A DNA stretch of 26,673 nucleotides from Candidatus Methylomirabilia bacterium (lineage in GTDB: Bacteria > Methylomirabilota > Methylomirabilia > Rokubacteriales > CSP1-6), in the NCBI GenBank assembly GCA_041497895.1, contig JBGQHJ010000059.1:1-26673 (forward strand), given 5' to 3'. Below the pieces are notes generated by a model, which worked only from the letters and a program-made list of their open reading frames with translations, was not told where the DNA came from and did no database searches. The translations under genes and the position numbers were made by a program. Each line of letters begins with the position of its first letter. The stretch's first letter is position 1. This document shows, in pieces, positions 24,565 to 26,673 of this stretch.

Positions 24565-24863
24565 TCGTCATCTACCTGCTGATGGCCCTGGTCGGCTCTG
24601 CGGCCACCCTGTTCGCCGCGCAGAACATCGACCCGGTGGTGATCCGGTTCCTGGTGTGGCGGATCGAGGGCATGCCGCTGGCCCTCGTGATCCTGCTCTC
24701 GCTCCTGGTCGGCGTGATCTTCGCCTCGCTCACTGGCGCGGTCCGCCACTGGCGGCTCCGATCGCGAGTCCGCCAGCTCGAGGCCCAGGTCACCCAGCTC
24801 ACCGTCGCGCAGGGCGTTCCGCCCGCCTCTCGCTCGCCGCAGGGCCCCGTCCCGCCGGCCTAG
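24561..24863 (+). CDS. LapA (DUF1049) family membrane protein
   Basis: GTGA overlap with the DHH stop; 'FAAQNIDPVVIRFL.W....PLALVILLS' followed by a coiled coil 'RLRSRVRQLEAQV'. Confidence 0.85.
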   Translation: MIVIYLLMALVGSAATLFAAQNIDPVVIRFLVWRIEGMPLALVILLSLLVGVIFASLTGAVRHWRLRSRVRQLEAQVTQLTVAQGVPPASRSPQGPVPPA

Positions 24864-24872
24864 TCCGTCGTC

Positions 24873-26219
24873 ATGGGCGAGGCCACCCGGCTCACCGACA
24901 CCGTCCGGGATCTGCTGGAGTCGGGGCGCCGCGAGCGCCTGAGCCAGGTCCTCGAGGACGCCCACGCCGCCGACATCGCGGCCGCGCTCCGCGAGCTCCC
25001 CGTCCCGGACCAGGTCACGCTCTTCCGCCTGCTCGGCCGCGAGTCGGCCGGAGCGGTGATGGCCGAGCTGGGAGATCAGTCGCTCCACGAGCTGACTGGA
25101 GCCCTGGACGAGGGCGAGATCTCGAGCGTCCTCGATCGGATGCGGCCGGACGACGCCGCCCAGGTCCTCGAGGAGCTGCCCGCCGAGCAGGTCGAGAAGG
25201 TGCTGGACCTCATGAAGGAGGAGAAGTCCGAGGAGGTCCAGGGGCTCCTCGAGTACGGCGAGAAGACGGCCGGGCGCCTGATGACCCCCGACATGCTCGC
25301 CGTCCTGGAGGACGTCACGGTGGCTCAGGCAGTGGAGCAGGTCCGCAAGTCGCCGGTGGCCGAGACCGCTCCGATCCTCTACGTGGTGGACGACCACGAC
25401 CACCTCGTGGGGAGCCTACCCTGGCGCCGCCTCGTCACCGCCGACCCCGGTGCCCCTGTGGGCCTCCTCCGGCAGGAGGAGCCGGTGAGCGTGACCCCGG
25501 AGACCGACCAGGAGGAGGTCGCGCGCCTGGTGGCCAAGTACAACCTCGTGGCCATCCCGGTGGTCGACGCCGGCCATCGCTTCCTGGGTGTCATCACGGT
25601 CGACGACGTCATCGACGTGATCCGGGAGGAGGCGACCGAGGACATCCAGCGGCTCGGCGGCGCCGCCGGCGACGAGACCGCCCTGGACCCGGCCCGGACT
25701 GTCTTCCCGAAGCGCCTGGTCTGGCTGCTGATCAACCTCGGGACGGCCATCCTGGCCGCCTCGGTGATCGGCCTCTTCGAGGGCTCGATCCGGGAGCTGG
25801 CCCTGCTGGCCGTCTTCATGCCGATCGTGGCCTCGATGGGGGGCATCGGGACCACCCAGACCGCCACCGTGGTGGTGCGCGGGCTGGCCCTGGGCGACAT
25901 GTCCGCTACCCACCTCTGGCGGGTGCTCCGGAAGGAAGCCACCCTGGCCGTGACCATCGGGCTGGCGACCGGCCTGGTCATGGCCGTGATCGCCTACCTC
26001 TGGAAGGGTCAGGCGCTGCTGGCCGGGATCATCGCGCTGGCCATGACCCTCAACATGATCGTGGCAGCGGTGGTCGGGGTGGTCATTCCGCTCCTGCTCA
26101 AGAGCTTCCGGGTCGACCCGGCCATCGCCTCGAGCGTGATCATCACCACGTTCACCGACGTCTTCGGCTTCTTCTCCTTCCTGGGGCTGGCCACCCTGCT
26201 GATCCGGTATCTGCTCTAG
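24873..26219 (+). CDS. mgtE: Magnesium transporter MgtE
   Basis: MgtE N-domain ('HAADIA', 'PDDAA'), CBS pair ('TAGRLMT', 'KYNLVAIPVVD', 'GVITVDDVID'), TM domain 'MGGIGTTQT' and 'DPAIAS...TTFTDVFG'. Confidence 0.96.
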   Translation: MGEATRLTDTVRDLLESGRRERLSQVLEDAHAADIAAALRELPVPDQVTLFRLLGRESAGAVMAELGDQSLHELTGALDEGEISSVLDRMRPDDAAQVLEELPAEQVEKVLDLMKEEKSEEVQGLLEYGEKTAGRLMTPDMLAVLEDVTVAQAVEQVRKSPVAETAPILYVVDDHDHLVGSLPWRRLVTADPGAPVGLLRQEEPVSVTPETDQEEVARLVAKYNLVAIPVVDAGHRFLGVITVDDVIDVIREEATEDIQRLGGAAGDETALDPARTVFPKRLVWLLINLGTAILAASVIGLFEGSIRELALLAVFMPIVASMGGIGTTQTATVVVRGLALGDMSATHLWRVLRKEATLAVTIGLATGLVMAVIAYLWKGQALLAGIIALAMTLNMIVAAVVGVVIPLLLKSFRVDPAIASSVIITTFTDVFGFFSFLGLATLLIRYLL

Positions 26220-26366
26220 ATCCCGGAGGTAAGATTTACCCTCGCAGCGTGTAAAAACGAGTAGCGATTTCGCTTCCCACCGGCACGCAAAACGTTCCGA
26301 GCACCGCAGGCCCCCGAAAAATCGCGCGTTCCAGATAGCGCCCCTACCCGAAAGCATGACGCGCGA

Positions 26367-26381
26367 TGGCATGAGGGTTGC
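26367..26381 (+). promoter_or_regulatory. Sigma54 (-24/-12) promoter
   Basis: TGGCAT-GAGGG-TTGC with exact GG-N10-GC spacing, in the intergenic region upstream of the next gene. Confidence 0.75.
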
Positions 26382-26545
26382 CTCACTGGAAATGCGGAGG
26401 AGGCCCGGAGTCTCGGGCACTTCCGGCTCTCGGTTGGGATCGCTCCCCAAGCCTCTCGGCCTCATGCCGCGGGTGCATCCGGCCGGGCGCCTCCCCCAGA
26501 ACAACAACTCTGGACGCCCGGTGGGCGGCCAAGGAGGCTTGGACC

Positions 26546-26673
26546 GTGAAGCTCGAGACGACGTCGCGCGCCATCCGGCGCGCGCAGTCGGTGGGATCCC
26601 GTCCCCGGCTGGAGGTTCGAGGGAAGTTCTTCTTCGCTGGTGACGAGAAAGTCCCGCTCCGGGGGGTCACCTA
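26546..26673 (+). CDS. 5' part (partial) of a glycoside hydrolase family 2 TIM-barrel-like protein, a type I recall often fused to a GT2 domain
   Basis: AAGGAGG RBS; GTG 26546 reads MKLETTSRAIRRAQSVGSRPRLEVRGKFFFAGDEKVPLRGVT(Y) and runs off the window; absent from the ORF track because it has no stop. Confidence 0.7.
   Translation, partial: MKLETTSRAIRRAQSVGSRPRLEVRGKFFFAGDEKVPLRGVT

Noticed and set aside
24518..26254. 578-aa alternative-frame ORF over lapA and mgtE
   Set aside because: Arg/Gly/Pro-rich off-frame product of GC-rich coding DNA.
26356..26670. Two 95-aa ORFs in the terminal region
   Set aside because: No clear RBS or motifs; the region is better explained by the sigma54 promoter, leader and GTG 26546 gene.
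1..26673. CRISPR arrays, tRNA/rRNA, IS elements, integrases, defence systems
   Set aside because: No spaced repeats, cloverleafs, transposase/recombinase or nuclease motifs seen by eye; covariance-model searches were not run.

Overview
Very GC-rich, densely coding bacterial chromosome segment with about 24 complete genes and partial genes at both ends. The TonB receptor and LapA point to a diderm; the gene style suggests Candidatus Rokubacteria/Methylomirabilota, but this is only an impression. Gene order: TonB-dependent receptor coupled to two divergent carbohydrate-type (CUT1) ABC permeases; secreted beta-propeller protein; cupin; a second CUT1 set (Tat-exported binding protein plus two permeases; no ATPase for either set); tartrate/D-malate dehydrogenase; a SixA phosphohistidine phosphatase-O-methyltransferase fusion; cytochrome c; GAF hybrid histidine kinase; CusF-like protein; secreted hypothetical protein; FAH hydrolase-extradiol dioxygenase-ApgM operon; M23 peptidase; Zn-ribbon rhomboid; RCK-domain cation/H+ antiporter; coiled-coil protein; DHH phosphoesterase-lapA-mgtE; and a sigma54 promoter with a multi-hairpin leader ahead of a truncated GH2-like gene. 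I saw no rRNA, tRNA, CRISPR array or mobile element. The best leads are the TonB receptor-orphan permease unit, the SixA-methyltransferase fusion, a possible c-di-AMP-linked ion-homeostasis cluster, a CusF-like gene lacking a canonical start codon, and the structured sigma54 leader. All family calls come from motifs read by eye; no searches were run.
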